Shown one piece after another: positions 1-12,787 of a DNA stretch of 38,874 nt (positions are counted from its first letter, which is position 1; each line of letters begins with the position of its first letter). The notes under the pieces were generated by a model. It did not search any database. It was not told where the DNA came from and saw nothing but the letters and a program-made list of their open reading frames with translations. The position numbers and the translations under genes were made by a program. This DNA is from Catajapyx aquilonaris (taxonomy: Eukaryota): assembly GCA_000934665.2 (NCBI GenBank), contig JYFJ02003672.1, positions 1 to 38,874 on the forward strand. Direction: 5' to 3'.

Positions 1-188
1 CGTTTCCGGACACGGGTTCCTATGTCAAAAATACTTGTCTTGGTCCCCTCTATTATCACTGAAAGTCTTTGCAGAGTTACAATAGACACCCTGTATAAGT
101 GTAAGGGTCAGGAGTGTTGTGTCCCCCAAAGCAAGCCCCCGGCTCGAGCATGGGGTAGAAAAATAATAAAATAATAAAAAAATAATAT
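1..188 (+). mobile_element. 3' end of a SINE/non-LTR retroelement (truncated by window start)
   Basis: Ends GGCTCGAGCATGGGGTA then an (AAAATAAT)n tail; the same 3' motif ends the SINE at 15957-16307. Bases ~10-58 recur at ~25620-25668. Confidence 0.6.
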
Positions 189-897
189 TAAGGCCTGTTT
201 CCACCAGCATAATTTTTGTTCTGGACAAAATTCAATCCAGAACAATTTTTTGTTGATAGGTGATTAATAATCAAGTAATAAAGTAGTAATAATAAAATTT
301 GTTTGATTTTGTGCTCCTCATATTGTGCCCAAAAATTATGCCGGTGGAGACAAGGCTTCGGCATTTTCATGAAAAATATGGGTGTTACCATGTAATTGAA
401 ATTAAAATGCAATCTAACTACCGTGTAGGAAGTTACTGAAGCAGTGGAAGTTTTGCATAGGTAGTTTGTATCTTCATCATGGATTTAATGTCTTTTCCTA
501 ATAATTATCTCAGTAACAATAAGGCTGCAGATATCAAATGACATCTCTACATAGAGTGACCTAGAGGAGTGACCCAGTGGTGCCCAGGAATTCACCTGAG
601 AAGTCTGAATCATTACAAAACACTCTGAATATCAGATGACTTATATTAACTATTACAAACAATTCCAACGATACATTGGATTATCAAACACTGCATAGTT
701 CAGGATGCCGCTGACAACTTGGTCAACCCTGATTTTACCAGAATTATGCGGATGCAGGCTAATATGGTGTGCAACATTCAGCAGGAATTTTGTACTCCTG
801 GGGTATTCAATCCTCTACGTAGTTAACAACCAATCCTGTGAAACCTGCAACAATGAATTGGACATGTCTTGGCACCTCTTGTGCATCTTAAATTATT

Positions 898-1553
898 CTA
901 CAAGGGAAAAAAAGAGAGCTCCCTCAATTCTAAGATCACTTTTCTGTACTCGACCAATATAAGCTGCTGCTTTTTTGTAGCTGCCTTATTATGTTGCGCT
1001 TCCTCCTTAACCTCATCTATCCTTCTGGTGTACAATTTCACTTGCCTTTCGTGATCTGCCCTCAATTCTCCAAACCTATTCATCAAACTCTTGTAACCTG
1101 CAATATCTTGGTCAATGAGTTCTATTTTTGCCTTCATTCTGAGTAAGTCTTCCCTGGCATCTGCTGCTTTGCAATTTCCTGTCATTTGCTCTCCACCCAC
1201 TCTGTCATCTTCCATCTTCCTACCATCATCCTGTGACTTAGCTGCCTGACACATCTCCCCAAGTAACACCAGATACTCATCTTCTAATAGTTTCTTCTGG
1301 TGTGACTTGTACACAACCAGCACTGACATAGCATGCAAATCTCTAGTGAGCTTTACAGAACTTGTGACAAATCCTTTACGAAGCGCAACAAGCGCAGTTC
1401 TCTGTACTCCCAGCTGCTGTTCATTCTGAATGAGTCTTTTGCACTCTGCTACTGTCTTGAAGGTCTCGTTTGATGCACGGGTAGTTGCCTGTGAGAGCTT
1501 CACCATTTCTTCCAATATCTTGTCCGCAGAAGGTACAGACTGATCAACAAGCC
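898..1553 (-). CDS. Probable terminal coding exon of an uncharacterised coiled-coil protein
   Basis: 231-codon ORF rich in E/K/L/Q/R with helical character. Polypyrimidine acceptor TTTTTTTCCTCTTCCCTCAG on the minus strand just upstream of 1553. Candidate upstream exons (~4136-4303, ~5240-5515, ~6137-6173) could not be assembled reliably. Confidence 0.55.
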
Positions 1554-1880
1554 CTGAGGGAAGAGGAAAAAAAATTACACTAATGTGGTCCACACACCCA
1601 CACTCTATATGTGCAGGTATTCAAGTTTCTGGTGAAAAGATGCATTCATACAATGTCCAAAAATTCAGGGTCTCAAAAGTAATGCATGCGCATACTGTAA
1701 TGCACAAGAATCATAATATCTTATAACACACCAATGATAAGATCATTAAATGAACTCAGTGGCACTTCTGCAAAAAGTGTAAAGTGGCGCAGCATCGGAA
1801 TAATTTTACACGCTAAATTTATTGCATGTACTGTACATAAATTAAGATACAATATTATGCTAAAATCTCATTATTCTTCA

Positions 1881-2122
1881 TACGAGGCCATGCTGAATTT
1901 TTTTTGCCTACCATACTACTGTACTACCAATTGCCCTTCAGATGACTTAATTTTCAGGAATAGAAAGAAGTCATAGGGTGCAAGATCTGGCTGTACGCCG
2001 GAGGAGGATGTACTGGGAATTTGAGATTCTGGATGGCATCTGCAGTGTGATGACTTGTGTGTGGCAAGCAATGGCGAAAAATGACATCCTTTCCTGGGAG
2101 CACCCTGTTCACTCATGCCCAA
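1881..2122 (-). mobile_element. Degenerate mariner transposase remnant
   Basis: Minus-strand translation QPDLAPYDFFLFLKIK matches the mariner SPDLAP-DFFLFPKLK motif; TACGAGG mariner-like terminus at 1881. Confidence 0.65.
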
Positions 2123-2251
2123 AACCTCCCTAATGCGCTCAACTCGTCACGCTCACTATCAGGATCTTGAACCTTCTTTTAGAGGCGAAATATACCTGTC
2201 AGGGGACCAGCCGTTACAGCTGACTGGATTAATTTGCTAAATATTAATTGG

Positions 2252-2333
2252 GGCCCCGTACATTCATTACATAATGAATGTACGGGGCCATTGCAACTTG
2301 TATCCGTTATATAACGGATACAAGTTGCAATGG
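2252..2333. repeat. Two abutting perfect palindromes/hairpins
   Basis: GGCCCCGTACATTCATTA-CA-TAATGAATGTACGGGGCC (2252-2289) and CCATTGCAACTTGTATCCGTTATATAACGGATACAAGTTGCAATGG (2288-2333). Confidence 0.9.
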
Positions 2334-2736
2334 TCCAAGAATGATTACTGTTCATTATGTAACTGCAAGGAAGAATTCAATCTGCACCACCTATTATAGC
2401 CTACGAGGACAATTGCCCCTTCTTCAAAGTGAAACATAACATGTTTTTTTTCCATACATCAAACATGAGACATGCTTACCTTCTGAATAGCCATGTGCAC
2501 AAATGTTGGTTTTTTAAGTGCTACTTTTTTTCAAAAATTTTTTTTAGGGCAGAGTTGGCAGGTTTCTGCCAGTCCGTCCTCATACATTTATCACTTGTGG
2601 TATTTTTAAAATTTTCTACCTGTTCAGATACTGTATGTTGCAATGTCCATTCACATAATTGAGTAGGTTGATGTGCCTCAGGAAACTGCATGTAGCCCAG
2701 ATAAAACATTAGTCCCCGTGGTAGGTCAAAAATAAT

Positions 2737-3984
2737 TGCATTTAATTGTGAAAGAAGCAAACCACATTTTCACACTTGTTCCTTAGACCCATTTGGTTGA
2801 TTTGGCCAGTAGTTCCTTTCATTTCATCCCTTAGTACCCACAAAATTTGGAGTTGGGTGAGAGGGGGAATTTTTCAAAAAATAAAATGTGCAAAATGGTT
2901 GAAAAATCGCTGGTGTGGTCTTGGGTGTCTATTTCGCATGAATCAGACCCGCTGAATTCGATGACGCTGTTTAAAATGCCATCCGAGCAACGGAAGTGAT
3001 GTCATTAGGTCATTTTTTTAAGTGGCGGCCAAAAATGACCAATGCATTCGAAGTGACCCATACCGATGTGTGGAATGTCATTTTCGATGTTTATGAGGTC
3101 GCTGAGTCACCCTGAAAATTCTATGACACGATAGCAGGCATGCCAAATGGTCTACACCATCCTGCAGTGGGTGATGGCGGGATGATTAGAGTTGGACGAG
3201 AGCAAATCCTATCAAAATTTTGTTGGGTTATATGTTGAGGTCATTACTGAAGGAGTACTGTTGCAAATGCCAGGACTGATCAATACTGCATTGCCTTTGA
3301 TACTCATATTTCTCCCCCAGCAGCAGGCACACACCGGAGGATGCTGCAAGTCATGGAGACTTAGAACATCCCATCAACTGAATGGGCATAACTTGGAGGA
3401 CCAAGACGGTTAAGAAACCTACAGGCCATTCTGTCAACTGCAGTACAGTACCCTTTCTTCAGTAATGACCTCAACATATAACCCAACAAAATTTTGACAG
3501 GATTTGCGGTCCGGGGTCGTCAACTCTAATCGTCATGCCATCACCCACCAAAGGGAGGCATAGATCATTTGGCATGCCTTCTATTGTGTTATGTAGCATT
3601 CTCAGATCTCAGGGTGACTCAGCAACCTCAAAAATTTCGAAAGAAACACCCTACACATTGGTATGGGTCACTTCGAACGCATTGGTCATTTTTGGCCGCC
3701 ATTTTTAAAAATGACCTATAATACGTCACTTCCGTTACTGATCAGATGGCATTTTAAACAGCATCAGCGTTCAGCGGGTCTGATTCATGCAAAATAGACA
3801 CCAAGATCACAAGTCAGCGATTTTTTAACAATTGTGCACATTTTTTTTTTTTTAATTCATCCCCCTCCTACCCAACCCCCAATTTTGTGGGGACTAAGGG
3901 ATGAAATGAAAGGAACAGGCCAAATCAACCAAGTGGGTCTCAGGAACAAGTGTACAAAGTGGTTTGCTTCTTTCACAAAATGCA
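2737..3984. mobile_element. Large foldback / non-autonomous DNA element with ~530-bp imperfect inverted arms
   Basis: TTGTGAAAGAAGCAAACCAC (~2746) mirrors GTGGTTTGCTTCTTTCACAA (~3960). AAAATTTTGTTGGGTTATATGTTGAGGTCATTACTGAAG (~3215) mirrors ~3457-3497. No coding capacity seen. Confidence 0.8.
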
Positions 3985-5789
3985 GTTTTCTGCTGATATT
4001 TTCATTGTACCGCAGGGACTACATATACTTCAAGGGGCATCAAGACTGTATCATATATTTATCATTATACTCTTATGTCAACCACACAAGATAACAGCAC
4101 TCATACAAAAAAAAAACCTTCTTTAATTTGCATACCATTCTCTTCCCTGGAGTCTTCCATCTTACTAATGTCTCACTGATGATTCCGTTAGTGTTGCAGT
4201 TGCTGTTGCTGCTGTCACTGGTATTCACGTCAACGTAGATATCCTGTGTGGTGTTGCTGTCTATGATGCTACCAATCTCGCTACTGAAGGTCTCCTCCAG
4301 CACACTGTAACAATGGCAACATATCAATTTACTAACCCAGTTGAAAGTCACATTCTCGGATTGTACAATTGCTTTCCTCTACAATAATTAACTAGGGGAA
4401 GAGCAAAACGCTGCTTCAACAATATGTTCATTAAACTTTTACAAAGTTCTCTTAATTGTAAATAACATTCCTTTACACTGGAAATATCCTCGCCCTGCAT
4501 TTTCAAAACTGGATTCGAACCCAAGACATGACTATCCCAGATATCCCCTCTTTGGGTCAAAGACCCTAAAATAACCAGCCCCCATTGTCCTCAAGTCCTG
4601 TTGATCCAAAAGCAATGGTCAAACATCCCACCCCAAGGCCATGTGTTACTCACCCCAAAATCTGGTCCCCCCTCCCTTCCCAGCCTCGCCTCTAATTGCC
4701 CCCCTACTTGTAAATTTGTCACAGTCTCCTTCAACCCCAGATTTTATCACCTCTTCTTCCCTAGCTGCCCCTCTTTCAGTAACCCTCCCTTCTTCAGATT
4801 CAAACTCAAGTTTATATTGTCCCCAGGTCCGCCTCTGCCTTCCTTAAACTAGATTATAATAATTTACGTCATTTTTGTTGACTATTTATAATGACCGTCT
4901 CTGTACTCGTAGTGTACCAAGTTATTGGGTTCAAGCCTGTGTTATCCTTATTTACAAATCAGGAAATGACCCAAAATAATTTTGATCTACTCATATAATA
5001 ACACTCGTGAACAATGGATTTTAGTTGTTTACTTCTATCCAGTTTACCCAAGTGGGGCGAAAGATGCACAGTTTGTTATTTGAAACACACTTATCATATG
5101 CAGATGACGCAATATCATTCTCGCTGATAATCCCTGTTTACCTGTACAGCAGGGGTTATAGAATTGTTCTTATAGAGAAAACCAATTAATTTTAAAAATA
5201 AATAAACACTCTGCCCCTCCAGAGTTAACTGGGTAGGGTTACATAACCCTGGATGCTGACAGCTTTGGGAGAGGATGAGGGTTGGGACATATTAGAATTA
5301 GACACTACACTTCCCATAATCTTGCAAAAAAATATATATATTTTTAAGAAAATCATATTTTCTAGATGACGGAAGTCTCCATGCCTTATCTTTATCTTCC
5401 CGTCACACTTATGTCCGTGATCTCCTTTCATTCCCTGCTCCAGCTTCCTACTTAATTGTTTGACTTCAAAAGCCTTCCAACTGCACTTTTTTTTAAAGGT
5501 TCCCAAAATGAACTCTGCAATTCAAACCAACTCCCTCCCTCTTATTATATGTATACACTTTAACCCTTATCTCCCTTCATGTTAACTAAGTCCTTATTAT
5601 ACTGTATAAGTACCCTTCATTTGTAGTCCCTAACTTGCCTTCTCTCTATGGCTTGCATTCTTTATGTCTGTTTCACTTTTGGAGTCTGTTTCCCCCTAAA
5701 AATCTTATCCTCAACCCTACCTACAACCTCATACCCCATCTGCTAACCATCACCTTATTTCCTTCCAAAACCAGTTCTAGCTGGAATAA

Positions 5790-5895
5790 GGGGGTGGATG
5801 GTGGGAAAGCCGGCAAGAAGGGTCAAAGAAGGGCGAAGGGTGACCCCTTCGCCCTTCTTTGACCCTTCTTGCCGGCTTTCCCACCATCCACCCCC
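5790..5895. repeat. Perfect 51-bp-arm hairpin with a 4-nt loop
   Basis: GGGGGTGGATGG...GGCGAAGGG-TGAC-CCCTTCGCC...CCATCCACCCCC. Confidence 0.92.
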
Positions 5896-7447
5896 TCCAC
5901 AAGCCCTCCAGAGACACATGCAACGATGCAAGGTGGTGGAAAAAAGTAACAAAGAGATAAGCAAGCAGGCCAGGGAGACACATCTGGCATCACCTTGGGG
6001 CATGTCCTTGGTGAACGAAAGTATATGGTCCTGATTATCCCAAACTTTACAGCACCGATAGTACATATGTATACTATCTTTATGGCTGATTATTGTTCCA
6101 ATGCAAAATATTCAACCAACACAATCAAACGTGTACCTTCAGCAGGCAATCCCTGCAGCAACACTATTCTCATTGCAATAATCTTTCCGACATTCCGAGC
6201 CAACAAAGGCACAAACTGCAATAAATTTCGATAATTAATTAATAGGCTCTCCTGATGGTTAGCTCTCCAACCTACCGTACCGGTGTGGCGGTATCCCCCA
6301 GCTCACAGGATATAATGGCAAAACAGCAGTCGTTTGAAAGGAACCGAACGGAGAGTGAGAAAAGCCGCGGGGAGAATCACAAAAGTGTTCGCCCACTCGA
6401 CACGATGAATCGACTGAAATTTCCAAGGTTCAAAATGGATGCCGGATGTGGGGAAAGGCGCGTCCGAATTTTTCCGTTCAATTCTTACGAATAACGCAGT
6501 AAATAACTCGTCTTTGATATTGTACACGTTCGTCTCTCTCCCTTCAAAATAAAACTGAAAATTTTAAAATTTGGTGTCTAAGTTGTATGTATATTAATAT
6601 TTTGTCCGAATTGCCCCTAATAAAGCAGCTATTTTGTAGACGCTTAATCGAAAATAGCGGCCAGGATTAACAGGATGAAAAAAACACGTGTTTCGGGTTA
6701 AACATGCCGGTTTTTAACTTGATATTTATTAATTTATTCTTAAAAATTTGAGGGGATTTCAATTATGATGATAGTGATTTTACGGAGGGAGATTTACAAA
6801 TTACATACAAAGACAATGCCCAACATGGCTGCTTGATCGATGCGACGGTGTGGCGTGGTGGAGTTAAACGCGGTTAAGTTTGGTAATTATGAGCAATTTA
6901 AATAGCCCATTTAGGTCTAATTATGTAAAGTTGTTTAATTATTATTGTGGCAGACGCACCATTCATAAAACATGTGATGTCCAGCATTATTGTTACGTTA
7001 TCTCTACATTTTGCATAAATGTAGTGTGCTGTTGTTGTTGTTTTTTTGGCTAAGTATAAGAAGAAAGGCAGTTGATTAAACTCAATTTAAGCCCAATTTT
7101 TGTGATTATTTCGAAAATTAAAATTATTCAGTGAAAGCCGCCATGTGTTGAAACTGCGCAGGCAACTGCGATTAAAGGCAAACTTATTAACACAACGCAG
7201 AGAAGTTAATCCTAATAATTCAGCAATGGAGCAACGAGAGGCATGAGTCATTGATGATGATGATGATGATGATATCGGGGAAGTTTTGCTTATCTGTTTG
7301 TTTGTCCATGCAACCGATCATGGAAACAGGCTCTGCAAAGAATGCGCTCCACTGCTAGTATAGTAGTAGTATTGAATAGTATGATCTGCGGTACCGACAA
7401 AATGTGTTGATATTTTCAGCTGGAAAGCCCAGCACCTGTGACTGGAG

Positions 7448-8848
7448 ATGGGGGTGTTCGACCCCATACAGCCCTTGGCGGCCCTGCTCTTTCCCGGTCA
7501 AGCCAAGGCCCTGATAGACAATGCGGTGTTCCGCCTGCACTACCGGGTCACCACGGCCATGATGTTTTTCTTCTGCTTCATCGTGACAGCCCATAGTCTC
7601 ATCGGAACTCCCATCTCCTGCATTCCTCAGGAGAGCATCAAGGAGAATGTCCTGAACAATTACTGCTGGATCTCATCCACCTTCACGCTGCCTGGACATC
7701 AGAAGGGAAAAGTAGGGGTGAATGTTGCGTACCCAGGAGTGGGAACGTATCAGAGGGGACAACCAGAAGCCGTGTACCATTCGTACTACCAATGGGTCCC
7801 ATTCATGCTGTTTCTACAAGGTGAGTGCGCAATAAAAATACTGCATACATATTATGATATGCAATTCCTTATTCTCAGGTATAATGTTCTACATACCTCA
7901 TTGGCTATGGAAGTCTTACGAAGAAAAATGCATGGTCCGCATAACTGAGGGCATGCATCGTGCTAAACTTGGCGAGCACAAGAAACATATGGGCAAATTG
8001 GTGGCTTACCTGTCGGAAAGCCTCAACTTCCATGGTTCCTATGGCACTTGCTATGTCTTGTGCGAGTTTCTCAACCTTGTCAATTGCATTGGCAATGTCT
8101 TCTTCATTGACGTTTTCCTGAACGGAGCATTCCTCGAGTTTGGGCTGGAGGTGGTCAATTTTTCTCTGGCAGATCAAGCTAACCGGACAGACCCTATGAT
8201 CCAAGTCTTTCCTCGTCTCACCAAGTGCACTTTTCACAAGTAAGTCTATGATGTTATCCCCAAAAAATGCATAACTTCACATTTTTAAATATTTAACCTT
8301 GTTCAGTCATTTATTTGGTATTGCTCTATTCAAACACATGCACATCACTGAAGATAATTATGAATTACATCCCATTTTAAATCTCCAGGTATGGCCACTC
8401 CGGCACTATTGAAACACTTGAGACGATGTGCGTGCTACCACACAACATCTTCAATGAGAAGATTTATGTCTTTCTGTGGTTCTGGCTTCTGATCCTGTCT
8501 GCCGTGACTACCCTGAATCTGATTTGCCGCTTTGCCCAGATCTGCTGCCCATTGGTCAGGGCCTACGCCATCCAACGAACCACACGACTCTCATATCTGG
8601 CTGGACTAGATGCTCTTATTAATCGCCTGGGTTTTGGAGACTTCGTCATGATCAGCCTTCTTGGTAGAAATCTGGACACCCTTGTCTTCAGAGAAGTTCT
8701 GGATGACTTAGCTCGAGTCATCCACCTGGGGGTAACTGTCAGTGGAGCCCCCGTCGCTGGTGGAGCCCCCAGCACTACCAAAACTCCAAACGCTAGTGGT
8801 GCTCCGAGTGCTACTGGATCCCCAGTTGCCACTAAAGCTAAGATCTAG
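7448..8848 (+). CDS. inx3: Innexin (gap-junction protein), Inx3-like; exons 7448-7820, 7879-8239, 8389-8848; ~397 aa
   Basis: Innexin signatures IDNAVFRLHYRVT, NYCWI, YHSYYQWVPFMLFLQG, FPRLTKCTFHKYGHSG, CVLPHNIFNEKIYVFLWFW. GT-AG introns (7821-7878, 8240-8388) join the three ORFs in frame. The Inx3 subfamily call rests on recalled N-terminal similarity and is less certain than the innexin call. Confidence 0.93.
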
Positions 8849-10014
8849 TCATGTTTACGTTGCTCATATGTACTTGTTACATAACCAGTGATTATAAAGA
8901 TGTAGGTTTACTTGCACATTATTCAGAGTACGATGAGAACAAGCAGTAAGAGCAGGAACAATCTTGGAACATTTCTTTTTAACATTTGGCATTTTAATGT
9001 AGTTCTGCCACAGCTTTGTAATACTCTTTACAAAGCAGCTCAATGGTAGCAGTGCTACGTAACATGAAGTTTTCTCTCAGTGTGTCAAAAATACCAAAGA
9101 AACAAGGAGTTATGGAAATTTAAGATGTAACGTCATGTGGGAATGTCAAAGATGTGTAAATTGATGTAAGACAAGAAGGTTGTGTCACTGTTATTTTAGC
9201 GTTAACACTGATAACATGAAACTGTATCAGGAGGAATATTAATAAAAGGATAGTCGATGAGGTGGAAAAATTGTCAATTTTCCTATAAAAATATCTGGAT
9301 GGATATTTGCTAAGATTCTGAGGGAGATTTTTCTTGCAGAAAATAATGCTGGTAATGTTCTTGTCCAGAAATTGGAATAATGGAGCTTAAAATTCATTAA
9401 GTTGCATGTGTTCATGTATATGAAATGTTAAATGAGTAAATGTTATTACTTCCCTCACATGCCCATGATTCCAGTTATTAATATTATTCTTTATTATTAT
9501 TAATCGAATTCAATGTTGATATCAAGTTTGTGATCATTTGTAGCAATGAAATTAGTTTGGACATCATGCATTAGCAATTCACCCTGTTCTATGGATAACA
9601 ATACTATTATTGAATTAATCTGGTCATCGCTGGTAACCCCATCTTGATGGGAATCTGTTGTGAGTGAAATGAATGTGTGAATGACAGCTAGTAATTGCAC
9701 TTGTACTAAACATTGATGCAATGGGTGGTATTATTTTCAACTGCATACAATACTTTTTCCCCAGATTTCTAAGATTCACATGAACTTCAAAGTCTGAAAT
9801 GAATATTACAGAAAAGTCCAGATTTGGCAGCCAATCAATAGTAATTTTCATTTAGCTTTGTACATAGGCAGCAGTAATGTTTTGAGACTGTGGGAATTAA
9901 CTGACTCCACTAATTATTGCAACAATGGTGAATTGAAGTGTATCGGCTAAAATTAAGTTGATTGTTTGATATCACAGATTTCACTTAGCATTTTTGTTTT
10001 CTTTCCTACCCCAG

Positions 10015-10435
10015 ACTTTGTTCATATCACTTATTGATTCTTGATGCTAATGGCTTCAATCAAGTGTACCAGTTCAAGAAAACCCTTCTGGGAATCAATC
10101 CTTGTATCTGTCAGCCTTTACATCAGGTGCCAGAGGATTGTGACTTTCCCTCATTCCATGTGGCAATTATGGATGCAATGGGATGGAATGGCCATCAATC
10201 CCACAAGTTCTTCAGAGGTGGCACCAAGATTGGCCCCCCCGTGCTTGTTTTTGACGACATGATTCCTGAAGCAGATGTGATCATATCTGAATACTTCTCG
10301 GAGAATAATGATGTTGCCATGTATGAGAACGATGTGGGTGATTCACAGGAACTCCTGATCTTGTTTGAGAAGGAGAAGGTTGTTGCAGCCAAACCGAAGA
10401 AGGTGCCTTGTCGGTAAGAGGGCTTGTCCTCTGAG
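10015..10435 (+). pseudogene. Copy A: degenerate pRiA4b ORF-3-like domain exon
   Basis: VYQFK, QVPED, HVAIMDAMGW and MYENDVGD remnants. The WRR motif is lost, and the RCLVGKRACP motif continues in another frame across the stop at 10417. Acceptor TTTCCTACCCCAG at 10014; no upstream exons found. Confidence 0.8.
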
Positions 10436-11063
10436 GGCATAATGTGCTAAACGCAGTTATGTTTCTGTAGTTGAAGTACACCCAGTGATTATTTAAAAAT
10501 TTATTAATTATATTCATAATATTTAAAGTGGATTCGCATTATTACGTGTATGATAGCCAAGTCATGCGCGCGTCATGGAATAGCAGGGCATGATGAAGCA
10601 TGAGGCATGAAGTCAATTGTACCTGATGATTTGCAGCCAAAGAGTAACAAAATAAACTATTCGTGCAATACATCGTGTTTGCATGTAATCTTCTTGTTCA
10701 TGGGATGGAGTGAAATATTTTACTTTTCAGATTACACTTCAAGGCCAGGATGCAACTATTTTGACATGCACTGTACCAGGTATGTAATATATTAGTTACT
10801 TTCATTGACTAGTTCAGTGCTTTTTAAAAAAAAGTAGCAGCTCTTTTTCACGCCATCTTGATCCTTCCTTGTTCGTTCGACGTGCTCTGCGCCTCTGCCT
10901 CAGCCTTGGTCTCAGCACAGTAAACACGGCCATACCGGTACCGCCTGCTGGACTTGAACATCGAAGAAGGTAGGCAGGACTGCTAGAAAAATATTGAAGC
11001 CAGAATAATTATGTTGAATAGTAGTTATGGTGTGAATTTTTTTTTCTCCATAGGTTCGTTTGA

Positions 11064-12787
11064 ATGATGAGAATAACGAGCACAATGAAAGCAACTGAAG
11101 GGCCCAGTGGGGTTGAAGGGCAGGAAGAGGAGACTTCTAACCAGGCGGATCACGTTGGTTTAGAAGAAGGCAAGATGGAGGAAGACGAGGAGGGAAAGAC
11201 AGGTGCGATGGAGGAAGATCAAGTTGGTTCAGGAGAAGACCATGCGGAGGACGAGGAAGGAAAGACAGATGCGGTGGATGAAGATCACGTTGGTCCAGAA
11301 GGAGACAATGCGGAGGACGAGGAAGGAAAGACAGATGCGGCGGAAGATCACGTTGGTCCAGAAGAAGAAGACAATGCGGACTATGAGGAGGGAAAGACAG
11401 ATGCGGTGGATGAAGATCACGTTCGTCCGGAAGAAGACAATGCGGACGACGTGGAGGGAAAGACAGATGCTGGGGAAGATCACGTTTGTCCAGAAGAAAA
11501 CAATGCAGTGGAAGAGGAGGGAAAGACAGATGCAGTGGAGGAAGATCATGCCAGCAAGAAGAGGAAGGCCAGTGCTGAGTGTGAGGAAGACAGCACCGTG
11601 GCCAGCCCGAAGAAAGTACAGAAGGTACATTTTCTTATTTTAAAAACTGCTTGTAATTCACATCTATAGCAGGAGAGCCATTCTTCAAACAGCCAGTTGC
11701 CATGGTAAGTTGTTGCAATGGTGATCCCGTTGCCATGGAAGCCAAACTTGGACAGACAAACCAACAAACTTTGCCTTTTTCATATGCATGCCACATATGT
11801 TTGGCACTGTGTGTGATTATAACATGCTGGCTATTCCATCGCACAAAGGTCATAACTTCATGTGGCCTAAGCAGCTATAAAGTATAAAACATGCAATGAA
11901 AAGTTTGTCACATCATTTCTTGATTAAGATAATGTTGTTACAGCTATGCTCCAGTAGAAAATTGTAACTTATGTTTCCATATCTTATGTTTTTATAAGGG
12001 AAAGTTTGTTTGTTTGTCCTTATTGGGAATGGGTGTACCATGGCAACGGCATCAAGCCATGGAAACAGGCCGTGCAAAGAATGGGCTCTAACTGCTAGTG
12101 TTACATACGAATGAATTTTAACAGCTGTCAGGTTTTCATATGAATTTGTTTAAAATAAAATTTTCTTCAAAATTTCTGTAGACAGCCAATGCTGGAAATG
12201 ACAGCAAAGTGTACCAGTTCAAGATAACGCTGAACGGGAGCAAACCGGCTATCTGGCGCCGCATTCAAGTGCCAGCCTCCTTCACGTTTCATGACCTGCA
12301 CATGGCCATCGAAGATTCTATGGGGTGGTTTGGCAGCCATCTCCATGTGTTCAGATTCCCAGCCTTGAAAGTGAGCATTGGAGTGCCATCCAAGGATGCG
12401 GAGCCTTGCATGCCAGTGGGCTGCATGCTTTCTGAGTGGAAGGAGAAGATTGCTAATTACTTCTCAGGAACTACTAAGTCATGCATTTATGTGTATGACT
12501 TTGGCGATGACTGGCAGCACAAGATTCGGCTTGAGAAGATCCTGCCAGTTAAAGGGGGAGGAACGTATCCGAAGTGCTTGGCAGGGAAGCGTGCCTGTCC
12601 TCCAGAAGACTGCGGAGGTATAGTGAGATACCAGGAAATTGTGGCAGGAATGGGAGACCCTTTCCACCCTAACTACAAGGGGTACAAGGAAGCTATTGAT
12701 TTCTATAACATTTCTGAGCCTGAAAAATTTGACCCCGGGTCAGTCTGCTTTGACAATGACATGCCAAAGGGCTGTGCCATCTCATGA
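11064..12787 (+). CDS. Copy B: acidic-repeat N-terminus + pRiA4b ORF-3-like domain; coding exons 11064-11624 and 12182-12787; ~388 aa
   Basis: Phase-0 donor AAG|GTACAT (11625) and acceptor TTTCTGTAG| (12181) join the two ORFs. Full motif set including HLHVF, YDFGDDWQH and YPKCLAGKRACPPEDCGG. Probable non-coding exon ends at GAAG|GTAGGC (~10970). Confidence 0.85.
11148..11550 (+). repeat. Coding tandem repeat, ~6 copies of a 63-66 nt unit (EDHVGPEEDNAEDEEGKTDAVD)
   Basis: Recurrent GAAGATCACGTTGGTCCAGAAG and GGAAAGACAGATGCGG. Confidence 0.9.
11665..12098. repeat. Dispersed repeat with inverted ends in the copy B intron; a related end lies at ~7285-7359
   Basis: CATGGAAACAGGC-(C/G)TGCAAAGAATG-GCTC--ACTGCTAGT occurs at ~7319-7359 and ~12058-12099, with a reverse-complement version at ~11665-11705. 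The CTAGT end is Helitron-like, but the class is uncertain. Confidence 0.55.

Noticed and set aside
11148..11550. CRISPR-like repeat array
   Set aside because: In-frame coding repeats without unique spacers, no cas genes and a eukaryotic context.
11203..11643. Arg/Met-rich protamine-like ORF and antisense ORF 11229-11630
   Set aside because: Alternative frames of the acidic repeat; only the 11064 frame splices in phase to the domain exon.
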